A stretch of 64,000 nucleotides of DNA from Lama guanicoe (lineage: Eukaryota): NCBI GenBank assembly GCA_013239625.1, contig MU057356.1, forward strand, positions 20,466,980 to 20,530,979, in the 5' to 3' direction. Position 1 is the stretch's first letter. Every line of letters starts with the position of its first letter. The notes under the pieces were generated by a model. The model was not told the origin of the DNA, ran no database searches, and worked only from the letters and a program-made list of their open reading frames with translations. Below, piece by piece: positions 24,726 to 37,524 of this stretch. The translations under genes were made by a program, and so were the position numbers.

Positions 24726-26480
24726 TCAACACACACAAAGAAAATTCCCTGAGGTGATGGAGACAGGAAAAGCACACCATAAACAGTTCAGTCTGCCCAA
24801 ATAATATAAAGACCGCCCACCCCCATGGGGGCTCTTTTATTTTCTCTTTTGGCCCCCTTCTCTAAGCTGGAGAAGGGTGATGGTAGGGGACCCATGGGCT
24901 TCTACATTATTTCCCTTCTCAGTGTTCCTTGCATCACATNNNNNNNNNNNNNNNNNNNNNNNNNNNNNNNNNNNNNNNNNNNNNNNNNNNNNNNNNNNNN
25001 NNNNNNNNNNNNNNNNNNNNNNNNNNNNNNNNNNNNNNNNNNNNNNNNNNNNNNNNNNNNNNNNNNNNNNNNNNNNNNNNNNNNNNNNNNNNNNNTAAAG
25101 TTTTAGAAAATGTACAGCTACTTTCAAGCCAGCCCATACAACCCAGCGAGGCAGCAAAGGGCACAAGCTGTCCCCGGGTGGGTCCACTTTAACCCTAAGC
25201 ACCAGGCGCACAAGGGGACGGAGAAGAGCTGCCCCACCCCCCACCCCACAAGCCCTCACTCCCCGTCCTCTCTAGGGCTGTCTCATTTTAGATATTCTAT
25301 CCTGTGACCAAGCCATATGTCCAGATTTGGGTTCTGAAAGCATGGCGACTGTTCACAAAGTGGCAACCAAGATCTTATGGGTTCTCAGGAAATGCAGCTC
25401 CCACCCCAAGAGGGTAGGCGCCACCCAGTGGTCACTCAGGACCTGCCCGTGCTGTCGTCGTCCTTCCCAATACCAGGGAGGGTGGGAGTTGGCAGCTTCC
25501 TGCTCTTTTAAAGCCCTGAATCCAGAGCGTCCTGTGCAGAGGAAGAAAGAGTTCCTGTTCCCCTTAGGTCTCGATTACTAAAGTGTGGCACTCAGATGAT
25601 TTATAAATGCCACACAGATACTTTTGGTTTCGCTGTCCTAATTTAAGGGCATTTTAGAAAAACAGACAACTAGTAAGTAATTTCATGGACATTATTGCCT
25701 GAGATGAAGTCAAAATGCTTAAAAAAAAAAAGTCAAGTTAAATCAGAATATAAAATAAATGATAGCTCAGTGATCTACTGTATTGACAAAAATCATAAAG
25801 ATGGCAAAGAAAGGAAAGAAATTTGGTAAACTCTGCTCTCGGTTATCACTCCAATGCCTTCAAAAAGGGTCTGCTTCTCTGGGCTAAATTTCTTTAGAGT
25901 ATTTAGTTTTCTTTTTCTTGCCTTCAATCCTTACCACCCACCCACCCCTCCGGCTGAACCCAGAAATGTCACATTTGGCTATATAAAAACAGTGACTAAG
26001 CAGCTGGACTTACAAGAACTTCTCAACTATGCTGAAAGAACAATGAGTTACATTATTAAATGTGCTGCAGCGGTTACGGGATTCCAACACACCATTCACG
26101 TGCAGACTTCACACTGGGGCATATAATCAAAGGCTCATCTGTTCACAACCTTAATTTGACTGTGGTTCAACACTTTTTAAACTTCTACTAGAAGGAAGAG
26201 CACTGTTGGGTGCAGTGGTGGGTGAGGTGGAGTGCAGGGCTGGGCAAGGGAGACCACATTCTCCATGCTCGGGGATGTCCATGTCCACCAGAGGAAGGAT
26301 GACAAAGCCACACAACCCGTTTTATCTGCAATTCTCCTTCCCCTTGCTCTTGCAGGATAACACCCAATGGACCATATATCGCTGTCTCCATATCTATGCA
26401 GACCGCAAAGCCAGGCAAAAGAGCCTCTCAGCTCATAGAAGTAAATTTTAGGAAAAATAATGGACTTGGAGGCTCAGAAC

Positions 26481-26975
26481 TGTAAGCCAGATTCATAGAA
26501 GGTCCCTCCTGGGCCTTCCTGGGACAGACCCCTCCCACATGTTCTCTGCTGTAGCTTCTCTCTGAGTACCCAGATAACAGTATCTGATGTACATTTCCTA
26601 AGGTGTTTTACAGATGTGAAAACCTCCACCAAGTGGAAGATGTTAACTACTTGATGACCATGAGCCCGTTGCCTCCTGAGCCCTGAGGATTGATAACCTT
26701 AACCCCAGTGACATCACTCTGATGGTGATACCCCACGATCAACCAACTGGGGAACTATGCACGAGCTGATCACATACACCGATCACATACCCCTCCCTTA
26801 CCTTGGCTTTACAAATGATTTGCTGAAACCCTCAGGGGCATTAAGGGCTTTTGAGCCCTTTTGAGCCACCCATCCTCCTTGATTGACGCCTTCCAGTAAA
26901 CTCTGTACTTTCGCTTTGTCAGTAGCTTGGCTTTACTGAGAGCAGGCGAGCGAACCCAAGCTTGGTTTGGTAACG
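26481..26975 (+). mobile_element. ERV1-class solo LTR (495 bp)
   Basis: Starts tgtaagcc and ends …ggtaacg (CA changed to CG). 4 bp TSD gaac at 26477-26480 and 26976-26979. AGTAAA-type signal before the U5-like end. Confidence 0.8.
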
Positions 26976-28977
26976 GAACGAGTTAACCCTGAAGGATGCA
27001 CCAGAAGTAAAGCTACGAGCCTGAATTTCAAAGTCAGAAAACCTAGAGTCCGATCTTGACTGTCTCTCTTATTGGCTACGTAACATTAGTTGACTTATTT
27101 CTTAGATCTTTAGCCCCAGTCTCCCCATTTTGAAAAGTGGATTACCACCCCAAACTCTCTGAGTCCTGGCGCCAACTCAGATGGATTATTTTACGTAGAG
27201 CTGTTGGCTCACTGTTGACAAATACTGACTGTTCATTCCCTAGTTCCCTCGCACCTCCTCCTTCAAATGCAAAGCCCGTGGGAAGATGGAGAGTTGGCTG
27301 CTGCCAGGAGGGGGCTGGGGGAACACTTAGATGTGGATTTTGCAGGCAGATAGTTGCAGCTCTACTTCTCTCACCCCTGTCCCTCCAGCCCTAAAGACAG
27401 GAACACTGTGCCATGCTCTCAGGGAAACCAGCTCCTTTCGCACCGTCTGGCAGTGACAAGCAGACCTCACGGAGGAGACGGGTCAGGGAAGGGCAGAGAA
27501 CACTGGGCTGAGATGGGCGGCCAAGTCTCCGCCTCCCAGCCGGCTCTGCCCAGGGCCTCTCCCTGGCCTGAGGCCACCTTTTGGATGTTCTCTCCCATGG
27601 ATGCTCTTTCCAACACACAGGCCTGTTTGGCAGTCAGACTCCAAGCGATGGGCTTGGTGGGTCACGCGGCTTGGATGCCATCCCGGACTCCCTGCAGCGT
27701 GGATGGATGGTCTGCCACAGCCACGATGCAGGGCATCTGATTCAAGTGTGGAAAGGAGACATTTATATGCTTTTGTCTCTTTTTATGATTATTAAAAAAT
27801 GAATATAGCCTGCTACCAAAAAATGAAGCAGGAAAACAAAAGTTTCTGGTGATGTCACCCGTTGGAGACAAGTAAGTGAATCTCATCTGTAAGTATCTCA
27901 ATCCTCTCGTTAAAAACTAAATTACTGCCACTCTGATTTCTCATGAAATCCTTTTCTTTCAATGAAACAAGATACCTGGTAAGTGATTTCTATAAGGAAC
28001 TTTCCAAGACAATGTAAGGTTCTGGATAAGCCCTGGGTTTTGGAGGTGAAGGTGGAGCCATCCACATACATCCCAGGCCCACGCATACCCATCGGAGGCC
28101 GGTGCTGGTGAGGGGTGTTGCATGCTGCCAGGAGCCAAACAGCTGTCCCTTCTTTGGATTCAAAAACTCAGCAGAGAAGACGAATGGGGATTGCTGCCTG
28201 CAGATTTCTACAATCACAGAAGGATAGGCAAACACAGGTACAGAAATGGACTGCAGAGGCATCTCTCCGCCTTCTCCCATTAATACACTCTGGGCATTTT
28301 TCCCCAATGGCAAGGCATCTCAAGGGCAGTCCATTCTGCTCGACTCTGCATTTTGAAAGGGTATGGAGGGGGTTCATAATGACTCCATACTGCTATGAAT
28401 TAAAGTAATATTCAATTAGTACCTTGTGCACCTAAATGACTTATTTATGATGCATAATTGATAAAGTTTTGTGTACAGAGCTTTGCTGAGTCACTTTAAA
28501 AGTTTCAAGGCCTTGGATGACAACTAAGCTTTCTCTTGGCACTCAGGGTCCCGGCCATCTGCTCTTTGGGGCCTGTTCCACCAGAGGGGTAGCAGTTCTC
28601 ATCGCTCCCAGGTTTGTGACTTTCAAAGCAGAAATGGCTGCCTTGCAGCTGCTGAGCAGCCAGGGCAAGTCCTTGTGTCTCCGCTGCCAACTCTGGAGGG
28701 AAAGAGAGTAAACAGCAGGTGTGGAAACCAGACCTCGTCCTCCAGGAGCTAACGGAGCAGAAAGGAGCGGCTGGCTGAAGTGCCAGGGCAGCAAGGGTGA
28801 CGGGAGGGCCCCCCACGGCCTGTGCCTCCAGCCAGTTTCAGGGAGGAAGGAACACCTGCCTGGCCTGGCTTCCTGTCGGGAAATCTTGTTGGCCGCCTTC
28901 ATCCGTCACAAGCTTGCAGCCCAGGCAGGCTGAGCAGACAGAAAAGCTGAGCCTGGGGCAAGTTCATCCTCGGGGGT

Positions 28978-29368
28978 TGCGCTAGTTTTTTGGGGCTGCC
29001 ATAAAAGAAGTACTGCAGGTAAGGTGACTTAAACAACAGAAATTCATTCCCTCATAGTTCTGGAGGCCAGAAGTCTTGAGATGCAAGATGTCAGCAGGGT
29101 TGGTTTCCTCTGAGGCCTCTCGCTTTTGCTTGTCAAGGGCCGTCTTCTCCCTGTGTCAGCACGTGGTGTTCGCTCTATAGAGGTTTGCGTCCTACTCTCC
29201 TTTTTATAAGGACGCCAGTTATTTCGGATGAGGGCCCATCTCATGACCTCAGTCAATCTTAATTACCTCTTCAAAGACCCTATCTGCCAATCCAGTCACA
29301 TTTGGAGGTCCTGGGGGTTAGGATTTCAAAGTACGAATCTGGAGGGGGACAAAACTCAGCCCGTGACA
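28978..29368 (-). mobile_element. MLT1A0-like solo LTR
   Basis: ttaaacaacagaaattcattccctcatagttctggaggccagaagtc…cttaattacctcttcaaagaccctatct…ctcagcccgtgaca. Confidence 0.88.
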
Positions 29369-29849
29369 AGAGCCCTCTCTCCCCAGTGCCATGATTTCCT
29401 CTCACTCTGTGAACGTCTCACCTGGGCTTCTCTCTGCACTTGTCCAGAATTCAAACAATAATTGGATGCTTTTGGGATTGACAGAGAGTTTGAGGGAGAA
29501 TCGTGACATTAGTTAGGCAAATGTGATCCCCTCTCTTTCAGGAAAATAAACAGGAAACCTGGAGAGAGGCCACCCCTTGGGAATGGGAGAAGAGAGAAGA
29601 CGCAGGGACAGGAGATAGTGAAGCACATAGACTGAAGACCGTTTCTGACCTTGCTGCTAGAGGTCCTTGAGCCACTGTGGACCAAGGAATCCCTTCCAGA
29701 TCTAGTCACCCTGAGCTGCATCCACCCTGGGGTTTGGGTTCTGAGGTTTCTAAGCAATAACACATGGATTCAGATGATAAAATCCCTTGTTTGAGCTGAT
29801 CCTGCAGTGTATCTGTCTCTTGCAATGGACACAAAAGATATCTCCAGTA

Positions 29850-31030
29850 TAGATACAATAGAAAACACATGTAATTTTTAATTTTCTAGTATCCACATTT
29901 TAAAAAAGTAGAGCCAGTACAATTAAATTATTTTTTTTTAGCTATCAAAGCCCTTTAAAAAAAAATTGGAGCACAGTCAGTTACAATGTGTCAATTTCTG
30001 GTTTGCAGCACAATGTCCCAGGCATGTATATACATACATTTGTTTTCAAATTCTTTTTCATTACAGGTTATTACAAGATATTGAATATAGTTCCCTGTGC
30101 TATACAGAAGAAATTTGTTTTTTTAATCTATTTTTATATACAGTGGGTAACATTTGCATATCTCAAGCTCCCAAATTTATCCCTTCCCACCCACTTTCCC
30201 CAGTAACCATAAGATTGTTTACTATGTCTGTGAGTCTGTTTCTGTTTTGTAGATGAGTTCATAAGGTCCTTTTTTTCCCCTTTTTTTGGTTTCCACATAT
30301 GAGTGATATCATATGGTATTTTTCTTTTTCTTTCTGACTTACTTCATTTAGTATGATAATCTCTAGGTCCACCATGTTGCTGCAAATGGCATTACTTTAT
30401 TCTTTTTATGGCTGAGTAGTATTCCATTGTATAAATATACCACAACTTCTTTATCCAGTCATCCATTGATGGACATTTAGGTTGCTTCAGTGTCTTGGTT
30501 ACTGTATATAGTGCTGCTATGAACACTGTGGTGCATGTATCTTTTNNNNNNNNNNNNNNNNNNNNNNNNNNNNNNNNNNNNNNNNNNNNNNNNNNNNNNN
30601 NNNNNNNNNNNNNNNNNNNNNNNNNNNNNNNNNNNNNNNNNNNNNNNNNNNNNNNNNNNNNNNNNNNNNNNNNNNNNNNNNNNNNNNNNNNNNNNNNNNN
30701 NNNNNNNNNNNNNNNNNNNNNNNNNNNNNNNNAACTTTGAATGATGGCCATTCTGACTGTTGTGAGGTGATACCTCATCGTAGTTTTGATTTGCATGTCT
30801 CTGATACTTAGCGATATTGAGCATTTTTTCATATGCCTGTTGCCTATTTGTATGTCTTCATTGGAGAATAGCTTGTTTAGGTCTCCTGCCCATTTTTGGA
30901 TTGGGTTGTTGTTTTTGTTATTAAGTTCCTTAATAACAATTCATTTTAATAAATGTTTTATTTAACCCAGTACTTCCAAAATATTATCATTTCAACATGT
31001 AATCAATATAAAAATGTTTAATGAGAATAT
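29850..31030. mobile_element. MER33 (hAT-Charlie) split by an L1
   Basis: catgtaatttttaattttctagtatccacattttaaaaaagta on the left continues as ttttaataaatgttttatttaacccagtacttccaaaatattatcatttcaacatgtaatcaatataaaaa on the right. Confidence 0.75.
29931..30928 (-). mobile_element. 5'-truncated LINE-1 (~1 kb), same subfamily as the copy at 21.7-24.5 kb
   Basis: Reverse translation [24 protein letters not shown]…KQPKCPSMDDWIKKLWYIYTMEYYSAIK. 3' UTR closely resembles 24090-24490. Confidence 0.96.
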
Positions 31031-31653
31031 ATATATGTATACACACATGCACTCACACAAACACACACACGTTGGACTGTGCAATTCAAGGGGACCATCC
31101 CAATTGGAGCCTCCAGTCCCATTAAGTAAGCAGGTAAAGCCATTACTTGGGTCATTTAGGTCCTAAGCTCATCTTTTTCTTTACTGTCTAAATGGAGTGT
31201 TTTTGAATTCCATCTACCATGGCGCACAAGGACATATTTACCTGGGAGCTATGGAGCACCCTTGATTTTAGAGGTGGAAATAAGGGGAAGACTGAGGTGA
31301 TCTGCCAGCCTTGGGTAAAGTACCAAGGACTCAGCATCATGTGAATTTGCCCAGCTTGCCCCACGAACGTAGGGCAACCCCAGAAACATACAAGAGTGTC
31401 CAGCTCCGTCTGACTGTCAAGACAGCTGTGGCCGAGTGCACAGGGCTTTCCACCTGCCCCAACAGATGCGCAAACTGAGGGTGAGAAGGGATGTGACCGA
31501 CTGGAGGCCGCTCACCAGTGGGTAGGAGAGCCACGACTCAAACCAGGCCCCACCAATTCCCAAAGAGGTGCTGTTCATGGTACCCAAGGTTCCAGGGACT
31601 TGGATTTAAAAATAACTGCTTTAGAAAATAAAACCTAAGGTAAAACGGAAAGC

Positions 31654-31675
31654 GTTGTTGTTGTTGTTGTTGTTG
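31654..31675. repeat. (GTT)7 microsatellite
   Basis: Read directly. Confidence 0.9.
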
Positions 31676-32903
31676 TAGCAGCTCATTCACGTCCCAAACT
31701 CCAGTGCTGTGCACACGGAAGCCCCCCTGACTGAGCAGGTGACCCAGGCACTGGGAGAAGCTCTGGTTCCCTCACTTTCTGGCTCCGCTAAGAAGCCTGC
31801 GGTGAAGTCAGTCTAAACCTTCCCGGCCAGGGTGTTAAATGGGAAGCAAAAGCTATTCTCCTTGATGGGTGGAGCCAGATGAATAAGAAGACGTCTGTTA
31901 AGCCGGCAGAGCACCCTGGAATAATGGCGCTCTCCCACGCTTTGTTATAGACCGTGATCCGCCCTCAGCATGCCTCGCTGCCAGCAGGATGATCATTCTC
32001 CCCTTCCAGTCCCCAAACTGCTCCTGCCTCCAACTCAGCCCAGGCCCCCGATCCTGAAAATGTATTAAAAGACTCACCTGTGTGGGTCTGAGTTTAATTA
32101 TACTCGTCTGGCAAGGGATTTGGGGAGCTTTAATTTAAGGCTGGTGTTGAATACTTTGAAATTATTTTAAATTTTCTGAGGCACCCAGGTGCAACACACA
32201 TCTTTTGTAAATTACAGAGCAAATGCTGTGGAGGCTGGGTGCACAGAAGGGCCAAGGATCAGAACAGATTCCCCAAAGGATGAAATATATTTCTGGCAAC
32301 GAGGAAGAGCTTAATGCACACCTATCATTATCGTTAATGGGAGCGGGGTGATCAGCTCNNNNNNNNNNNNNNNNNNNNNNNNNNNNNNNNNNNNNNNNNN
32401 NNNNNNNNNNNNNNNNNNNNNNNNNNNNNNNNNNNNNNNNNNNNNNNNNNNNNNNNNNNNNNNNNNNNNNNNNNNNNNNNNNNNNNNNNNAAAAATGATC
32501 AGCGAAGTACTCCGAAGTTAACACCTCCTCAGAGCTGGAAATGGAAATGGAAATGAATTCTGAAAATGTTTGCATTCTGTTTAAAATGAGTCTGCAGACA
32601 TCTCCGGCGGCTGTGTGCAAAACGGGAGAAGGGATCTTAACGGATGATAATGAGCTTAGGAAGGAGTCTGCAAGGTCTAGAGGCAAAGTAATGGACTGGT
32701 GGTCACACTCCGAGTGCTTGCCACGGTTCTACTGTGTGATCTTGGGTGAGCTACTTAACCTCTCAGATCTCCTTTAAGGAGTCTAACTCACAAAGGTGTT
32801 TAGCCCGATTATTTATGTTAGAATCTAAATAATGATGCAAGTTACTGGTAAGAGTGGCTGGAATTCCCATCACATGTGATTGAAGTCCTCCCAAGTGAGC
32901 AAA

Positions 32904-34071
32904 GTGGCAGGGCATCTGAATATACACTCCTGCGCAAAGGTGAATTCCTTTCACACGCCTGGGACCCCCATGGCCCAGATCCTATTGGTTCCTGGACAGA
33001 GAGAGGATTTAGGGGGAAAGCCCAAAGATGAGCTGGGGGACCAAGCTCATCTACCCATCTACCAAGAAGATTCCACTTACAGTTAGAAGTGGAGCCAGAA
33101 AATCCTGACCTGGACCCAAGGCATGGACTAAGATATTAAATGGGACTTACTCCGTCTCAGTTTTGGCTCCAGCCCCAGAGGCTGAGATATATCAGTGAAC
33201 ACTAGGAGCCAAGGAAGCCCCAACCCAAAGTGGGGTGCTTGACCATTGCACAGACCATCGTGAAGATTTGTCCATTAGCCAGGAGAAGACAAAATGGCTG
33301 AGGTGAGTGAAGTCGCCAGACTTCTTTGGAGAGAGGTGTAAGTGTACTGTGACTCTGCAGGTGCTCCATCTTACACTGGGATGGAGAAGGGGGGGCGAGA
33401 CCCCAGGAAGGGAACTGGCTTAGCAAAATCCTAGACCCAGCCCACGCAGACCACCTGGAGAGAAATGGGACCCAGCAGGCCCAGCAGACTGCTGATTGTG
33501 CAGGGGCTGAAAGAGAGAAGGGGATGCTCCCAAGAAGATTATATCCCCCACAAGACCTAACAGGATGGTCCCTGCTGGGAACTTGTCAAACCAGGAGGCA
33601 ACGACGTGGGTTACAGCAATGCCAGTCAAATGTGAGCTTTTCTACCCACACCTGTCTCCATCTCCAAGCCCTGAAGGAGCCAGAAGCAGCCTGGGGAAGT
33701 GAGGAGGAGGAGGAAGACAAGGAGGAGTTGGGGGATGGGGAAGAAGCCAACCATTCTTTCTCCCCCACAGCTCAGACCTAAGCTGGGAGGACAGAGAGCT
33801 TTAATGTTTGAATTAAGTTTGACGTTTTAATTATTACGGCAGGTTGGGTATTTTAATTATTGAACTGAAACTATTGTTAAAACTTAGAGTGACTAGAAGA
33901 CTTTTTATTATCTAAGAAGAAAGGAAAAGCCGTGGGTTTTGTCTAAGCATTCATCCCACGAGTGGGTAAAAACTGGTCCACAGAATAGATGTGAAGAGTC
34001 AACAGTGAGAAAGTAAAGCTGTTTTCCACCTACACCCCACTGAGTTTGGGTCATTCAATGTGCCAGTTACA
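32904..34071 (+). mobile_element. Ancient LTR, possibly MamGypLTR (Gypsy-like)
   Basis: 3' part …gaaagtaaagctgttttccacctacaccccactgag…tcaatgtgccagttaca resembles MamGypLTR ends. The 5' boundary is uncertain. Confidence 0.4.
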
Positions 34072-34469
34072 CACACTTCAGGGGCGGCCGTGTGCTAGCA
34101 AAGATTAAGTTATCACCCTCTGGACAGGTCTGACTTGGTGAGAGCATTCTGTTCACCAGCCCGGCAGGACAGATGAGATGGCCAGGGAGACAATGAAGCT
34201 CCACTGCTCCCTGGAGCCAGAGCTTAGAAAGACTTGGAGATGTACTGCCTCTTACCCAGTCCCTGAATGTTCAGCTGGTGTCCCAGAATAAATACACTTT
34301 CCAAAGTGCCTCACTGTCTCTAGAACGTGTATTTGAGTCATAGCTACTCTTAAAAGGAAACTCATTTCACTTAAATTTTATCAAATGTATACTAAAGCCC
34401 AGAGAGGTTAAGGCAATTGCTAAAGTCATTCTTCTTCTGGTTGCATATGAAAAAATCCAAGCCAGAAAA

Positions 34470-34545
34470 AATGATGGACAGATGGATGGATAGATGGATG
34501 GAAGGAAGGAAGGAAGGAAGGAAGGAAAGAAGAGAGGGTGGGAAA
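34470..34545. repeat. (GGAT)n/(GGAA)n purine-rich simple repeat
   Basis: Read directly. Confidence 0.85.
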
Positions 34546-34574
34546 AGAAAAAGGTAAATAGGTGGAACATTAAT

Positions 34575-34990
34575 TAGCTCTTGTATTTGAAAAGTCCAGG
34601 CATTACTTGTGCAGGTATGGCTGTATCCAGGTGCTCAATAAATGTTGTCCCAAGTATATGTTTCTCCATTCCTTGGCAATGCATTTGCTTTCCTGTGAGC
34701 AAAAATGGCCACCAGGATCTCTAGCCTTGTATTCTATCAAGTGGGCAATCCCAGCAAAAATGAGTAGTTCTAGTAAGAGTCACAGCTTGAATATCATTGA
34801 CCTGGTTTACAATGCACACCCAGTGCTGAACTAATCACCCTGGCTCTGAATGTCCTGGCCTTTCACGTTCCTTGGGGCTAGGATGTGGGATCAGTCCCAG
34901 GGAAAACGTGGTGTGTGAGTGAGAAAGAGATGCTGTCACTTGAAGACAAGGGCATGGGTGACGGGCAGGCAAAATCAACAGATGTTCCCT
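34575..34990 (-). mobile_element. MLT1K-like solo LTR
   Basis: gcaggtatggctgtatccaggtgctca…caaaaatggccacc…gaactaatcaccctggc…gggcaggcaaaatcaacagatgt. Confidence 0.6.
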
Positions 34991-37524
34991 CTGGACAAAG
35001 AGCCAGTAAATGAACGGCAAAGCCAGGATGAGAACTTAGATCTCTTGATTCCCAAACCAAAGATTTTTGTAGGCCCAGAGAAATTTCATTGATGTGTCCC
35101 TCTTTTTCTATTTTATCAGCCAGCATTAGCAGGTAAGTTTGGGGTCCCCAAACTCAATTTATCCAGCACTCCCAGGTCAAGGATCTGCTAAAAATAAACC
35201 CATGTAAACAATATCATTTCATATACATGACAGCAAATGAGACCATCGGCCTCATTTTATAAATATTGTTCAAGAAAATAATTTGTGCTCTAATTTACTC
35301 TGACATCAGAGAAAGCTCTAATTTGATAAACCCCTGATTCAGGATTACAAACTGCCATTGCTTTCACATGAGTGAGACAAAATTTCCAGTAAGCTGGCGA
35401 TAGAGTCAAATGCATTTTTCAGTGCTCTCTGGAGTTCTGTCAACCTATCACAGTTAATCTCAAAAGTGAAGAGCTGAATACGGCTTGTGGAAGTGACAAA
35501 GCTGTTAATTTGTCAGACAAGAGATGAAGAGCACAAACAGGATGCCTAATGTGAAGTTCGGGGGGCTTTCTTTTGTTCATATTTACTTATACAGAAGGAA
35601 GAAGAGGGAGCTTTTCTTTTTATTTTTTTTCCCAGAGAAATGACAAATAGATTTTTTAAAAATCCTTGTCTTTGCTACACTGAATTTCAGAAGTTTCAAT
35701 GCAACGAGTGGACTCTGGCTGGTGCCTGGCCAGCCTAACCCTGCGATGCTTTACCTGCAGCGCAGAAGCACAGAACGGGACGACGACGTGCTTTGACACA
35801 AATGGAGTAGTGTTTCCATCACCTTCCAGTGACTCCCTGCTTCCCGGATATTAAACTGGGGACGGGAAGTCCAGACACTGCTCTGCATGATGTGAAGTCG
35901 AGGCAGTTGGGAGCTGGAGGACCATACACACTGAGTGCCTGCGAGGTTCTGCCTGTGAGTTATGGTGCCTGAAGCAGACAAAGTGAAGGTGGTTTGTGTT
36001 GCTGGAGAGTGTGGGGCTCTGCAGATATAACTTTCAGTGCATTTTAAAATATATCATAGTGTGTACACAAAATTCCTGGGAAAGAAGGGCTTCCCTGATT
36101 CCCCCCAGGGGAAGCCTGCCCCTTAGAGGGGCAAGAGATGTACCAATTTCGTTCAAAAGTCTGGCCTAGGGCCAAGCACTCAATGAAGGCCACTTTAAAG
36201 CTTGATAAACTTCCATCCGTCCACCCATCCATCTGTCTGTCCATCTATACGTCCATCCATCTAACAAGTATCCCCAAGTGCCCAGTGTGCCAGGCTTTGC
36301 ACGAGACCCGACCTCCAACATCCGGACGCATCAAGCATCAGGGAGCCACACGCTGAACGACAAACGGTCCTCAGAGAGATGAGTATGACAGGAGTGCAGA
36401 ACCCGGGGCCTGACCACGCCCCGGGGTCCTGCTCTCACGGAACTCCCCTGCCCCAGGTGTGGGTCTCTATGAGTGTCACAGCCAAAGCGGGGCAACAGCT
36501 GGAAGGAGGAGGCTGCCCAGGAGCCGGGCACAGAAGGCAGGCTTTGTGCTGGCTCAGTGTGGAAACTCTGACTCGGGCAGTACGGGCTTTCAGATGGATT
36601 TCCTATCATTTATCTTCTTATCAAAAGGTTTAATCACTTCCCGCTCTCCTGACTGTATGGGAATAATGAGCTTATTCTACCCCTACCGATACAATGCACA
36701 AGAGAAACGGTTCAGGGACTAACCGGCCTTCTAAAACGAATGTTTTTATGGTACGCACATCAGTAAAACCACAGTAAAAGGCATGTTTAAAGAAGAAAAA
36801 TAACTCTCAGGAATCCCACGCACAGCTATCGCATATTTCCAGCTGTTTTCTGCGTGTGCACCAACGTGAATTTTGCGTGAAACTTAGTTGTCATGTCATT
36901 TCCCCCAAAAGCGGACGATATTCTGACATGTAAGGGACCTGTGGCTTTCGGAGAAGAAAGCACACTCCTGCAGGACTGTCCACTTCTCCGTCCAGAATGA
37001 CAGTCCCTAGAAACCGAAAACCGATCATGGGGGTTTCTGTGCAGAGTTGGGTTGCTTAAGTCTTTGTTCTGGAAACTCTCCTAGTCGGCACGGTCTGAAT
37101 CACATACCTCGATGTCTCAACTAGCTCTCTCCCTAAACAAAGCCCCTTCTGTGAAGTCAGACACAGTAAACTGCAGAAGCAGCGTGGAGCCGAGATGCTC
37201 CGAGCGGCGGTGGCTGCTAGGACTCCCCTGGCCCACTCTGCACAGAATGGTCCAGTCTCCAAAGTGATTCTGGCTTCCTCAGACTCCTCTCTCTGTCCTC
37301 TCTCGCAGGTCAGAGTCAGGGCCCCTCATCCTCTCTCCGCCATCAAAAGGGAGAGTTCTTTGTGATGCGCCAGTCATTGTGTCCTGTGGAGGAGTCCTCA
37401 CCGATGCTGTCCCTTCAGCCGTGCTTAGCCTTCTTGTTGTATAATCAAGGCGGGTTCCAGGCACTCGCAAATGGGTGAAGAGGTGGGGGGCGGGGAGCTG
37501 ATGGGCCCGAAAAGAACCTGAACG

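Noticed and set aside
21567-25259. Long ORFs spanning X runs
   Set aside because: Artefacts of reading through N blocks. The only real coding signal is the broken L1 ORF2.
33028-33052. Hairpin gatgagct…agctcatc
   Set aside because: Only an 8 bp stem inside a probable old LTR, too short for a miRNA or structured RNA call.
35751-35981. Minus-strand exon-like segment with an open frame
   Set aside because: Splice signals are plausible, but the donor (GTAAAG) is weak, the peptide is not protein-like and no partner exons were found.
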